Source: a virus
Direction: 5' to 3' (one strand)
Virus record (IMG/VR): IMGVR_UViG_3300031772_000003
Coordinates: 99,717 to 163,716 of that record
DNA length: 64,000 bases
Part shown: piece by piece, positions 9,971 to 20,060 of the stretch
How positions within the stretch are numbered: position 1 is the stretch's first letter
Layout of the letters: every line of letters begins with the position of its first letter
Translations under genes and position numbers: made by a program
The notes under the pieces: generated by a model
Told to the model about the DNA's origin: nothing
Databases searched by the model: none
What the model saw: the letters and a program-made list of their open reading frames with translations, nothing else

Positions 9971-12900
9971 GCTCTCGCTCTGATATTCACAGGCTGCCAT
10001 TCCCCTGATGGAAGCTGAATGCCGGTGACATGGACGGAACGGCCTTTGAGCAATCGAATCTCCTGCTCCTCCTCACCCAAGGATGGTTGGCAGCGGGCGA
10101 ACAGCGTCCCCTTCCAGTCAACACTCTTTGATGGAACCGACGCCCGGAGGACGACGCAGGGGCCCCCATGCCCCCAATGGCACTCCGCTTTGTCCTCCTC
10201 GTCAGCCCAGTAGACTCCAATCCCCCGTGTCCGGATGTGCTGCCACACCGTAGCGGGATCAACCGGGTCAACGTCGATGGCCCGGTACAGCACCAGGGGG
10301 TCGGACATCCCAGCAATGCCCTCAAGAGCATCGTCCAGAGCCCGCTCGATCTCTTCCCGAACCATCTTCTCCGCACGAGCATCCACCTCCACATCCGTCG
10401 CGTCGTCCCCAAGATCCTCCCGGGCGAGGTCAGCATAATTGTTTATCTCGTCCACGGAGTCGTGCAGCACCGCTGCAACCATCTCCTCCCGCTCCTCGTC
10501 GGTCAGTTCAGGGGCGAGGCTATAGGTGCTGGGCTGGAATGACTCCGCGACCTGCTGCCCCTGGTCAACCACCCGTTTCACAACGCCAGCCCGACGTACA
10601 GTAGGGGGTCGTCGCTTACTTGCTTGCCTTGCCATATCATCATTCACCCATGCAGGAGCTACGTCATAATCCTGCTCTCGCCAAATATCCGCACGGTGGT
10701 TCCCATCATTGATCACGACACTACCATCCACCTCACGAGTAACTACGATAGGAGGGAAGCCCCTACCAAAACTCCGCTGAAGCTCATCCTCTGGGTAGGA
10801 CTCAACCTCAGAGCGAGCCTGCAGCTCACGGGCGAGTAGTTCCACGTCGCTGTCATCATACCCATCATCGGGGTCCCACGGCAAGAAATCGCGCCAGTTA
10901 TCAAACCCAGAGCGATGATATTGCGTCTCCCCCGCGGTCCACCTCTCCAGCATCTCCTCAGCCTGCTCCATAAAAACAGGGTCAAGCTCTCCCTCGCCCT
11001 TACGTAGGGCTTCTGCACCCTGCTTCTCCACACGCTGCGGCTTCAGGTCAGCTAGGTCAACCATAGCGGTATAGACAAAACGGTCTGGCTTAACACCCAC
11101 GAATTGAGCCACCGTCTGCTGCGTCCACTTACCGTAATTGTCCGTAGCATCCCAATCATGCTCCGGCGCTTTTCCCTCGTAGTCATCCACGGGCTGACCA
11201 AGAGGGGGCACCGCAGCTTCAAGCAGGCTCTCGGTTACTTGCTCCCCCTGCTCGACCAACTTCTGGATCTGGTCATACCCGTTCTCGACCACAACCTCAG
11301 CGACCGGGTGCTGGTCAATGTACCTTCGGGCATTCACCAGCTTGCCCGTGTGCTTCAACGCCCGCAACGGCTCACGCGACGTGATCGCTCCCAACTGAAT
11401 CATCTGTGTGGTTACGTCCGCGAGCTTCCCCTTGTCCTTACCTACCAACACCCTCCTTCGAACTTCCTCTCCTTCCACGTCCACCTCATCCCCAACAAGG
11501 AAACCACTACGTTCCTGGGGGTTCTTGAGGATCACACGAAAGGTCTTGCCGTCTGGGGTCTTGGCAGTAACTTGCTCGAACGGGAAGGGAGCTAGATCAG
11601 GATGATCTATGCCTACTTGTTCCTGTATCCCGGACTCGTCCCGCTCGACCAGCTTCTGAATCTGCTCATGTGCGTTCTTCAACAGTGCGGCAAGTCCGAA
11701 GTGTTGGGGCTTGACCCGGTACATCTCCTCCCACGTCACCCACCTATGGCCCTCCGTCTCCCAACCATGTCCAGGCTCGAACTCCTCCGGGACGATGCCG
11801 AGGAAATTGGAGTACTGGAACCCCTCAGTAGTATAGACATAACTCGGCACTAGCTCCATCGAGCCCGTGTACCCCGTCTCCTCAATGAACTCGCGTCGAG
11901 CCGCGGTCTCCGGTGCCTCGTCCTCGATGCGACCCCCCCAGATGCCCCAAGTGTGGGGCTCGTTGACCTCGGAGCTACGGTAGGCCAGCAGGAACCGGCC
12001 CGTGGAGGTGCAGAGGGGGAGGATGCCTGCACCTTGATCGCCCCAGAAATGGCGGCCAGCAGTATTCGCGTAGTAGGTGCCGTGGGGGGTAAGAGCTTCG
12101 ATAAGGGCACCGGCATTGACACAGCGGTCCAGATAATCCACCGCGTCCTCCTGGGACAGGTAGCGATGGTGGTGGGTTATGTTAGAGTCCCACCACTCAA
12201 ACTCCACCTCTGGGCAGTCATCAGGAGATTGGCCAGCCACAAGCTCCCGGAGGGTCTGGAGAGCGGCCACGGCAAATGGTGCTTTGCTGCTGCCTATCTG
12301 TACCTTGAACCCTGAACCATCGTCTCCGGGACGGATACGGATGCTCCCCGCATCCAGGGCAGCCTGGAAGCCATCCTTGCCATACTTACGCTCAGCCCTA
12401 GCGACATGGTGTAGCCCACCACCCCAGGCATTGGTGCCGTGGTCAAACGAACCATCAGACCATACCCATGCACCATAGGGACCAATCTCGTAGGGGCTGA
12501 GGCGGGCTTCCTGCACACTCTCCTCCTGCACCTGCCCCGCGATCTGAATCCACTGCCGCACCAGGTTCTTCATCTCCCACACAGTCATCGTCTCACCGGG
12601 AACCTCGGACTCAACACCGACCTCTGTAGTTAGCTCCACCGTAAAATGTGCGGAGGTGTGGGCAAGAAGGTTCAAGAGGGTGAGGTATGCAGCATTGGAC
12701 GTAAGCCCCGCCATTGGGGGGGCACAACGCACGAACAAAGTAAGGTCCTCTAAATTGACAAGGATGCCCCCATGCTCAATACCCAAGCGGATGCCGGCGG
12801 CGTCATCCCGATCATCATCCGGGACAGCGGGCGCATACTTGTCATAAGCCGCCTTTGCATGGAAATAGCCGGTCTCAATCTCCCCATCACCCCATATCCA

Positions 12901-15900
12901 CGTCCCATTCTCAGCCACGTCCTCAATGCTCGCGTAGGCTTCGGAGAGAGATTCCACCACACTACTAGCCTTTATCCGTAGCTCACGGAGCCTGTCCTCA
13001 AGGGGGGTCCAATCTACCGCCTGACCAGCGATCACCCGTATATCCACGTCAGACTCCCCATATGGCCTCTCAAACTGGCCTGTCTCCTGATTTAGCTTTG
13101 CACCACCACCGGCAGGTTGGCGATGATTAGATAGTCTAATCTCTAGCCCATCCTCTCCATCAAACAACTCAAATTGTAGATACCATGAGTCTGCGAAATC
13201 ATGACAGTTATCTTGCCCGCCTAAGTGAATCAAACCCACAGACTCACACCGCTGAATCACCTCATCTGCTGCCAGAAGCAGGGCATCTCTATATGCAAGA
13301 GCCGCTTGGTAAGTCTCCTCCGCCTCCTGCTTCTTTGCAGCATCCTCTTCGTCTTGCTCGCTATCACGTAATGCAGCATCATAGAGACTTGCCTCCCACG
13401 CCTCGTCCGAATCGTAGTCTCGCCTTGGGAAGGCATCCAGGAGATCGGGTAAGTACTGCCTTAGCTCATCCGGCCAGTCATCCCCTATAACCTCACACAC
13501 CACCCTGTCCAACTGCCCCACGTCATCCACGACTTTGCTCTGCTTGAACCAGGCACGGAACTCCGGGGTGTCCGTGGCGAGCCTGGGGTCGGTAGCCTCC
13601 GTCAGGGCTTCTGCCGTCCAACCGGGTTGAAATGGGATACCAGCCGCGGGCGCTATGCGGGGGAAGTCCATGTAGAAGTCATCGGGCAACCCCGCCCGCT
13701 TCGCATGCCTCTTGGCCAGCGCCAGGAGCTTAGCGGCCTTGCGCTCACACTCCTCAGCATCCTTTGGGTAGCCCAGCCGCTTCCACTCCTCCACCTCATC
13801 CTGTTCCTTGATCGCCATCAAGTAGTAGTGCGTCGCAAGAGAGTAGGACGGAATCCTGTAAGCCCCCTCACTCAGCGCCATGTCCAGCGAGCCCACGGTG
13901 CGGGCATCCACCACGAACCGCCCTTTGCCCATCAAGAACTGCACCGCCAGTTCATACTGAGCCTTCCAGTCAGCCCGCTGCCGATCCTGCCAATGGGTGA
14001 GAAAGTCCCGGTCAGTCCGCTCGATTGCGGAGTAACCCGGCATGCTCCTGCCCTGGAAGTAGGAGAGGTCCTGCCACTGCTCCCCCAATTTGATCTCAGT
14101 CTTCTTGCCATCTTTCCCACTGAACGTCACGGTGCCAATGGTGAACTCTTTGCCTGTCAAGGAGCCGTCACCCACGTATCGTGTGATAGCTTCTGGCTTC
14201 AGGTAGGCAACCGTTGCGTGGGCGTGGTACTCGGGGTGCGTGTCGGTACACTTGAGGTTATCCGAGACGAGCTTGTTGAGCCGGTCCAAGCCGGCACTCT
14301 CGATGTCGTACTTCAACACAGCGGCGTTATCCGAGGATTCGCTAGGAGGGAAGGATGAAAGCTTGCCAAACTTGATCGTGACCCGCTCCTCGCCCTTGAG
14401 GGGCTTCTTCACTTCCTCCGGGTCGGAGGTGTGCAGCCCGTACTTTATCGTAATGTGGGCCTCTGTCTCCCGACCATCCCCCATCAAGTCTTCGTCCTTG
14501 ACCCGCATACCCTGCGCGAGTATGCCCTCCTTAGCCCCACCAATGAGGTCGGCTTGCAGGCAACCATAATCGTGGGTCTCCTCATTTAGAGCCGCGTCCA
14601 ACGCACCGATGGTGCGAGCCTCAAACGTAACGATCTTCTTGGGATTAAATGCGTCCTTTAAGTCGCGCAGCAACGCCTCGGGAATGGGCCGATAGCGCTG
14701 TGCCTCCGGGGGCACTACAGAGACCCAACCAGTCCGCGCATCGTACCTGCCTTTGTAGAGTTTACCTGCTACTCCTGGACCAAACTCTATGTCGTGTGAT
14801 CCAGGAAGGTTGATCCCCTCGTGATCCCTAACATTGATTACCAAACCCCCCGGCCCAGTCCACATCCAGATGGTATGGATAAGACTTTCTTCATCTTCGT
14901 CCTCTCCCCCCTGATCGTGCCCGATCTGAAAATAGAGTTCAGCGGCTTGATCCGCAGGGTCCTGATCCTCATAGGGATCAAAATTGGGGTAAATAGTAGA
15001 TCCCCGCTCGGTGGCTTTTGCAACTTCCCGCTTCCACGATACCGGCCTCTTGGCCTCACTCAGCATGCGGTCTAGCCCCCCTACTGTGGCCTCAGCGGGC
15101 ACCCCTCGGGGCTCGGGCCTGGCCCGACTTGGGTCATAAGCGGCGGGTCCCGCTGTAGACAAGCGCTGGAACTCCTGCTTCGCCAGTTCCATGATCTGGT
15201 CTACCAGAGCCTTCGCCTCCGGATCGCCCTCCACGGACTGGTACAGGACCCGGTACTTCCGGGTATCCTCCCACCGGGCCTCCGGCCCCTTCTCCCGCAC
15301 CAGTTCCCAGTACTCAGCCGCCAGTTCCGTGGCATACGCCCGCTGCTCCCCCGGCCATGAGAAGTAGTAGCCGGCATTCCTGGAGCCGGCGTAGGTCGTG
15401 GGCCAGTCCCCTAAGTCCGTCCGTGCCTTGTCTTCGATGGCGTGGTAGGTCTCGTGCGTCATGATGCCAGCAAACTCTTCCACGAATCTCCTATCGGACA
15501 CCCAAAGATAAATTGCGCCCTCACCGGGCGAGTACATGCCCCCACTTCCAGCCCCGGAATCAGCCCCCGGCGTATACGTGAGTCCGCCCCCATGCGTCTT
15601 GATGTGGACCCGCATCCCAAACAGGTCCCAGCGAAACTTGTCCAGCACCTTCGGGTCTTTGGGCGTAGGAAGCCCCGATGCTTCCAAGTCCTGGATTATG
15701 ATGTCGATGGTCCGCTGGCCGATGACCTCACGTAGAGTAACGGTATAGTCCACACCTACCGGAATCTTCCCATTGAGTTCCTGCGCCCATCTGCGGGCCT
15801 TCTGATAGATCAATGCTGGGACCAAAGATTCGACCAGCAAGTCCAGTTCGCCCACGGTGTGGGCATCAGCGGACATCGCATCCTCAATCACAGGGGCCTC

Positions 15901-18900
15901 GCCTGCCGGGGTGACGGAGTCCAGGGCGATCTCCTGAATGCCGGCCCTACCGGGCTGCTTGTCTGGGTGCCACGAGCCTGTCCGCCTAACGCGCCACACC
16001 CGCGTCGGCGTCGCAGAGGCCAAACTCGCCAAGGGCTTGCCCTTGAGGACCCGGAGGAGCTCTGCCCTGTCATAACGGGTGAGGGCCCGGAGGATTTGCT
16101 TGCCGGCCATCGGCACCGCGGGGTAATCCCCACCAAGTGCGAGGCGGAGAACCCTGGGGGTAACGTGCCGCTTAGCAAAGTCGAGGAGCCAATCAAGGCT
16201 CTTGAGAGTCTCGGCAGGGGTGTAGCCCATGTCGGGATGTACCCGCACGAGCTCGGCATAATGCTCCGGCCTCTCTTGAACCATCTCGATCCACAGGAGA
16301 AGGCCCCCCACATCATCCTCATCAGGGTCCACGTCGGTCAAGGCGGACCCTGGCACCTCGAAGACATAACCCCATGGCTCCTCCTCCACAGGTATGCCGG
16401 GGTGGTTAGCGTAGGAAACGGCCTCCCCAAAAGACGGAGTCAGGTAGACCGCTTCCCGCCGAGCCTGTTGCCATCCCCGTTCCCTGCTCCCCCCTAACGG
16501 CTTGAGGCCCTCCCGGACAATGGCATCCGCTGCGGCTTGAGTGGGGCACCCGTGGTAGTAGGCCGTGGCCCGCATCGGCTCATCGGGGGTTGGGGCCTCC
16601 ATGAGGGATTCAACGAGGTGGGCCAAGCTGCCGATGGACTCCTCAACACCCACGTCATATTCCTCATCATTCAGCTTTGCCCCATAGTAGCCAGGCTTCT
16701 CGTAATACTGGTGGGTCCAGTAGTCCAGCATGTCCTCTGGTACTGTGTCGGCCCGTTGCCACCGACCGCCGATGAGAATATCGTACTGGCTGGGCTCAAG
16801 CACTCGTTCCTCATAGTCGCCAGTGTCCACATATCTATCATTTGGGAATGCCCCACACTGTTGCAGCCTATCGTCCAAGAAATGAGCGGGGATACGGACG
16901 GCGACCCTACTCCGCGCGAGGGACGCATCATCGAGCCAATTAGCCTCGGTAGTAACATAGAACCTGTAGGTTCCCTCCTCATCGGGGTCCTGATCCGCCC
17001 ACCTGTTCTCCTCCCGGGGGATGTCCACAAAAGAGCCGGGCATATCACCGGGATGGGCGGTGTAGAGGCCCTGCCGCAACAACGCTCGCATATCACCTTT
17101 GGGATGATAGCGGTAGTAATAGCTTCCCCTGTGCTGCTGATGTGCAACCGTGTCCTCGGCCAAGGACTCCTCAGCCCTACCCACGAGCAAGGAGGACATG
17201 GGGACTCGTTCCCAGCCGTCTTGTGGGTAAAGGTTCTGCTCCGGGCCCTGGATCAGGTCCTTCCGCCACATCCTATCCGGCCTCAACACCCCGTGGTGAG
17301 CAATGACAATAGGGCTCAGGGCAATAAGCTCCTGCTTCTGCTCCGGTGTCATCAGGGTAAGCAGACACTTCGTGTTCGCTGCCAAGGGGTTCTCCGGGTT
17401 ATCCTGCTCAGCCATCTGCCACAACCAGTCAGGGCATGTCTGCCCGTACTGCCCATCCCACGAAAGAATATAGGACACCTCGGAGTCATCAGGCTCAACA
17501 TCCATGAGAGCGGAGCCGGACACCCCAAACACGTATCCATACCGCTCGTCACTATTCGAGGCATAGTCCGCGGCGACCCCAAAATCAGGTGTCAAGTACA
17601 CCCTACCACGAGTTGGGCAGGCTGCGGGTCCACCCATCTTATCCCACGGTTGACTATACGATCTATCGGGTTGAATCCCAGACCTCGCAATCGCCCGTGC
17701 CTTCCGGGTCGTGGGGCAGCCGTGGTAGTACATCTTCTCGGCCTGCTCCTGTGACGGAGGAGGGGATTCCTGAAGAGCCTCTGAGAGCAGGGAGGACAAG
17801 GGGTACGCTTTCCAACCAGACTGATCCCAATAGTGCCCCTCACCAGGATGACGCAAGCGCCAGACCCGTGTAGGCACCACAGGCCCCAGATGGGCCACGG
17901 TCAATGGCCTCTCCCGCATCACCTCCTGCTTTTGCTCCGGGGTCATTCGCCGGAGGATTTCACGGGGATCGGCCATGTGGGGGCTACCAGGATCGACCGC
18001 AGCAGCTATATCATGGAGCCAATCGGGGGTATCATCACCCCACAGGAGGCTGCCCACCCTATCCTCATCGGGCTCCACGTCCTGCAGGGCCGAACCGGGC
18101 ACCTCGAAGATGTAGCCATCAGGCGGGTAGTCATCGGGGATTCGCGGGTCATGCCCGGACGTAAGAGCATATTCCACAGCAACCCCAAAATCAGGTGTGA
18201 GGTACACGCGCCCCTGCATCGGCTCCACCCGCGGAGACCAATGACGACTCGGTAACTGATCCGGTCTGATCCCAAATCGAGCGATCTCATTGGCCCTTCT
18301 TGCGCTGGAACAACCATGGTAATAGGTCTGCTGGGTCTGTGTCTCAGAAGGGGGCGGGGCCTCGATGAGCATGGCCCGGTCAAGGGACCCAATAGATTCG
18401 CCTACCAACTCAAACAATAACTCCCCACCCGTTCCTCTTACAGGTGCCCCCTGCATCTCAGGGAACCGCTGCTCGATTGCCTCTACAGCATGATGCACCT
18501 TCAGTTTCGCCCCACGATCCCACCTCTCCCACATACCATAGAACTCAATTCCCCACTCCGCCTCCACAGCATCAGGTGGGTAGAAGCAACCCCGCTGAGA
18601 TATGATTTCCTGCTGATCCACATCACACAGCAGCCCACCTCCCTCAGTGTAGCCCAAGACATCCCCACGCTTGTGTCCCGCCCTCCGAAGCAACCAATCC
18701 AGGAGTATTGGCACATGATCTTCCACTGTGGTCATCGTGACCCTGTAGGTGTCCTCATCGCTACCCTCCTCATCATACTCCTCATCATCTTCTATCCCCC
18801 ACTCCCGCGGCTCCCCTTTGACAGACACCCGCAACAATGTTAGCAGGGCTTTACTGCCGTCCATTGTCAAGAGCCCAGTCTCGCGTGACCATACAAAGTA

Positions 18901-19239
18901 GACCTCGCCCAGCTTGCGGGAGAGCAGGGCTTCCATGGTCGGTCGCTGCCGGTAGCGCCGCTCCACCTCCGTAGCCGCAGCGTGCGCCCGCTCGTAGTCC
19001 CATCCCTGAAGCATCAGAGATCGCTCATAAGTTTCGTGGACCAGCACAGCGGGCATCTCAACGGGCTGGACGCCGTTGTCGATCCAGATTTCGTCTTGGG
19101 GGATGAAGGCGTAGCGGCAGCCATTCCCGCCCTGAGAGAAATCCAAGTCGTAGGTATCGCGGACGGCCCTGCCGTCCACGATCCAGACTTTGAGGCCCTG
19201 TGTCGTGCCCCAGTAATGGATGTAGGGGGAGGGCAGCAT
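9967..19239 (-). CDS. Giant modular polyvalent protein 1 (~3,090 aa): zincin-like, ART-like x~5, 2H phosphoesterase, Nudix, ParB-like, unnamed repeated domains
   Basis: Single ORF, start moved to MLPSPY after GAGGG RBS; motifs YYHG..VYLTP..DVEPDED x3, HETYH, HITI/HATV, GGRIEDEAPETAARREFIEETG, PPIVV..DGNHR, LYRAI..EQEIRL; 7 copies of the linker motif. Confidence 0.85.
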   Translation of the reverse strand: MLPSPYIHYWGTTQGLKVWIVDGRAVRDTYDLDFSQGGNGCRYAFIPQDEIWIDNGVQPVEMPAVLVHETYERSLMLQGWDYERAHAAATEVERRYRQRPTMEALLSRKLGEVYFVWSRETGLLTMDGSKALLTLLRVSVKGEPREWGIEDDEEYDEEGSDEDTYRVTMTTVEDHVPILLDWLLRRAGHKRGDVLGYTEGGGLLCDVDQQEIISQRGCFYPPDAVEAEWGIEFYGMWERWDRGAKLKVHHAVEAIEQRFPEMQGAPVRGTGGELLFELVGESIGSLDRAMLIEAPPPSETQTQQTYYHGCSSARRANEIARFGIRPDQLPSRHWSPRVEPMQGRVYLTPDFGVAVEYALTSGHDPRIPDDYPPDGYIFEVPGSALQDVEPDEDRVGSLLWGDDTPDWLHDIAAAVDPGSPHMADPREILRRMTPEQKQEVMRERPLTVAHLGPVVPTRVWRLRHPGEGHYWDQSGWKAYPLSSLLSEALQESPPPSQEQAEKMYYHGCPTTRKARAIARSGIQPDRSYSQPWDKMGGPAACPTRGRVYLTPDFGVAADYASNSDERYGYVFGVSGSALMDVEPDDSEVSYILSWDGQYGQTCPDWLWQMAEQDNPENPLAANTKCLLTLMTPEQKQELIALSPIVIAHHGVLRPDRMWRKDLIQGPEQNLYPQDGWERVPMSSLLVGRAEESLAEDTVAHQQHRGSYYYRYHPKGDMRALLRQGLYTAHPGDMPGSFVDIPREENRWADQDPDEEGTYRFYVTTEANWLDDASLARSRVAVRIPAHFLDDRLQQCGAFPNDRYVDTGDYEERVLEPSQYDILIGGRWQRADTVPEDMLDYWTHQYYEKPGYYGAKLNDEEYDVGVEESIGSLAHLVESLMEAPTPDEPMRATAYYHGCPTQAAADAIVREGLKPLGGSRERGWQQARREAVYLTPSFGEAVSYANHPGIPVEEEPWGYVFEVPGSALTDVDPDEDDVGGLLLWIEMVQERPEHYAELVRVHPDMGYTPAETLKSLDWLLDFAKRHVTPRVLRLALGGDYPAVPMAGKQILRALTRYDRAELLRVLKGKPLASLASATPTRVWRVRRTGSWHPDKQPGRAGIQEIALDSVTPAGEAPVIEDAMSADAHTVGELDLLVESLVPALIYQKARRWAQELNGKIPVGVDYTVTLREVIGQRTIDIIIQDLEASGLPTPKDPKVLDKFRWDLFGMRVHIKTHGGGLTYTPGADSGAGSGGMYSPGEGAIYLWVSDRRFVEEFAGIMTHETYHAIEDKARTDLGDWPTTYAGSRNAGYYFSWPGEQRAYATELAAEYWELVREKGPEARWEDTRKYRVLYQSVEGDPEAKALVDQIMELAKQEFQRLSTAGPAAYDPSRARPEPRGVPAEATVGGLDRMLSEAKRPVSWKREVAKATERGSTIYPNFDPYEDQDPADQAAELYFQIGHDQGGEDEDEESLIHTIWMWTGPGGLVINVRDHEGINLPGSHDIEFGPGVAGKLYKGRYDARTGWVSVVPPEAQRYRPIPEALLRDLKDAFNPKKIVTFEARTIGALDAALNEETHDYGCLQADLIGGAKEGILAQGMRVKDEDLMGDGRETEAHITIKYGLHTSDPEEVKKPLKGEERVTIKFGKLSSFPPSESSDNAAVLKYDIESAGLDRLNKLVSDNLKCTDTHPEYHAHATVAYLKPEAITRYVGDGSLTGKEFTIGTVTFSGKDGKKTEIKLGEQWQDLSYFQGRSMPGYSAIERTDRDFLTHWQDRQRADWKAQYELAVQFLMGKGRFVVDARTVGSLDMALSEGAYRIPSYSLATHYYLMAIKEQDEVEEWKRLGYPKDAEECERKAAKLLALAKRHAKRAGLPDDFYMDFPRIAPAAGIPFQPGWTAEALTEATDPRLATDTPEFRAWFKQSKVVDDVGQLDRVVCEVIGDDWPDELRQYLPDLLDAFPRRDYDSDEAWEASLYDAALRDSEQDEEDAAKKQEAEETYQAALAYRDALLLAADEVIQRCESVGLIHLGGQDNCHDFADSWYLQFELFDGEDGLEIRLSNHRQPAGGGAKLNQETGQFERPYGESDVDIRVIAGQAVDWTPLEDRLRELRIKASSVVESLSEAYASIEDVAENGTWIWGDGEIETGYFHAKAAYDKYAPAVPDDDRDDAAGIRLGIEHGGILVNLEDLTLFVRCAPPMAGLTSNAAYLTLLNLLAHTSAHFTVELTTEVGVESEVPGETMTVWEMKNLVRQWIQIAGQVQEESVQEARLSPYEIGPYGAWVWSDGSFDHGTNAWGGGLHHVARAERKYGKDGFQAALDAGSIRIRPGDDGSGFKVQIGSSKAPFAVAALQTLRELVAGQSPDDCPEVEFEWWDSNITHHHRYLSQEDAVDYLDRCVNAGALIEALTPHGTYYANTAGRHFWGDQGAGILPLCTSTGRFLLAYRSSEVNEPHTWGIWGGRIEDEAPETAARREFIEETGYTGSMELVPSYVYTTEGFQYSNFLGIVPEEFEPGHGWETEGHRWVTWEEMYRVKPQHFGLAALLKNAHEQIQKLVERDESGIQEQVGIDHPDLAPFPFEQVTAKTPDGKTFRVILKNPQERSGFLVGDEVDVEGEEVRRRVLVGKDKGKLADVTTQMIQLGAITSREPLRALKHTGKLVNARRYIDQHPVAEVVVENGYDQIQKLVEQGEQVTESLLEAAVPPLGQPVDDYEGKAPEHDWDATDNYGKWTQQTVAQFVGVKPDRFVYTAMVDLADLKPQRVEKQGAEALRKGEGELDPVFMEQAEEMLERWTAGETQYHRSGFDNWRDFLPWDPDDGYDDSDVELLARELQARSEVESYPEDELQRSFGRGFPPIVVTREVDGSVVINDGNHRADIWREQDYDVAPAWVNDDMARQASKRRPPTVRRAGVVKRVVDQGQQVAESFQPSTYSLAPELTDEEREEMVAAVLHDSVDEINNYADLAREDLGDDATDVEVDARAEKMVREEIERALDDALEGIAGMSDPLVLYRAIDVDPVDPATVWQHIRTRGIGVYWADEEDKAECHWGHGGPCVVLRASVPSKSVDWKGTLFARCQPSLGEEEQEIRLLKGRSVHVTGIQLPSGEWQPVNIRARA

Positions 19240-19249
19240 GTCGTTGCCC

Positions 19250-19579
19250 TCAATTAGGTGGGCCACTACGCATCTGCGTAGCAATGAGCAACCGAAGTGA
19301 TTCTATTTCCTTTGTCTGACTCTTGATCGCGTCCTTAATCTCTTTGAGGCTTTCATGAACCACCGTAGCTATGACCTCTGCTGCGACGGCCTTATGTTCT
19401 GCTACGGTCAAGCGCGCACTCACTTGTGACGACACGGCCCATGTAAAGGCGTAGGCCCCGCAAGGAAGAACGATGAGGAAGCCGAGCGCGGTGAGGAACG
19501 CCCATAAAGGCGTCCTACCCTTGACGCAAGCGGTGCGGTGCTGCTCACAAGTCTCGGTTGTCACAGGCGTAGGCATCAT
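19250..19579 (-). CDS. Small single-pass membrane protein with coiled coil (holin/XhlA-like)
   Basis: Hydrophobic LWAFLTALGFLIVLPCGAYAF then heptad segment. Confidence 0.5.
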   Translation of the reverse strand: MMPTPVTTETCEQHRTACVKGRTPLWAFLTALGFLIVLPCGAYAFTWAVSSQVSARLTVAEHKAVAAEVIATVVHESLKEIKDAIKSQTKEIESLRLLIATQMRSGPPN

Positions 19580-19709
19580 GGCCCCCCCCCCTTCTCTAAT
19601 GTAGCCCGCTCGTGCTGGCTGTGGCAAGGATATACTCCTTAGCTGTTAGATCACAGGGGACTGTGACACTCCACAACCAACCTTGAACAAGGTGCATTTT
19701 CCTAGCACG

Positions 19710-20060
19710 TCAAATGACCGGAGACTGCCACACATGTCCTGAATCAGCCTCGGGGTCGAGCAACGCTACCATGAGGTCGCGCGCCGCCGCCCCACCCGAT
19801 CCAATGATGCGGAGGACCTTGGCCGAGGTGACCTTCTCCACGCGCAGATCGGTCCCACCCCCATAGGCACCGAGGTTAAACGTGGTCACGAGATCGGTCC
19901 ACGTTGAGCCATCCACGGAGCCCTGAATCTTGAGTGCGAGGGTGCCGGTGGTGAGGTTCCACAGGACGAGACAACGCGACGAGGGGTTGGCGGAGTGGAT
20001 ATTCAAGACGGTGCCGGAGGCCGCGGGCACGGGGAGGATGTCGAAGCTGACGCCGATCAT
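19710..20060 (-). CDS. Small beta-rich putative virion protein
   Basis: KIQGSVDGSTW motif similar to 53313..53768. Confidence 0.45.
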   Translation of the reverse strand: MIGVSFDILPVPAASGTVLNIHSANPSSRCLVLWNLTTGTLALKIQGSVDGSTWTDLVTTFNLGAYGGGTDLRVEKVTSAKVLRIIGSGGAAARDLMVALLDPEADSGHVWQSPVI

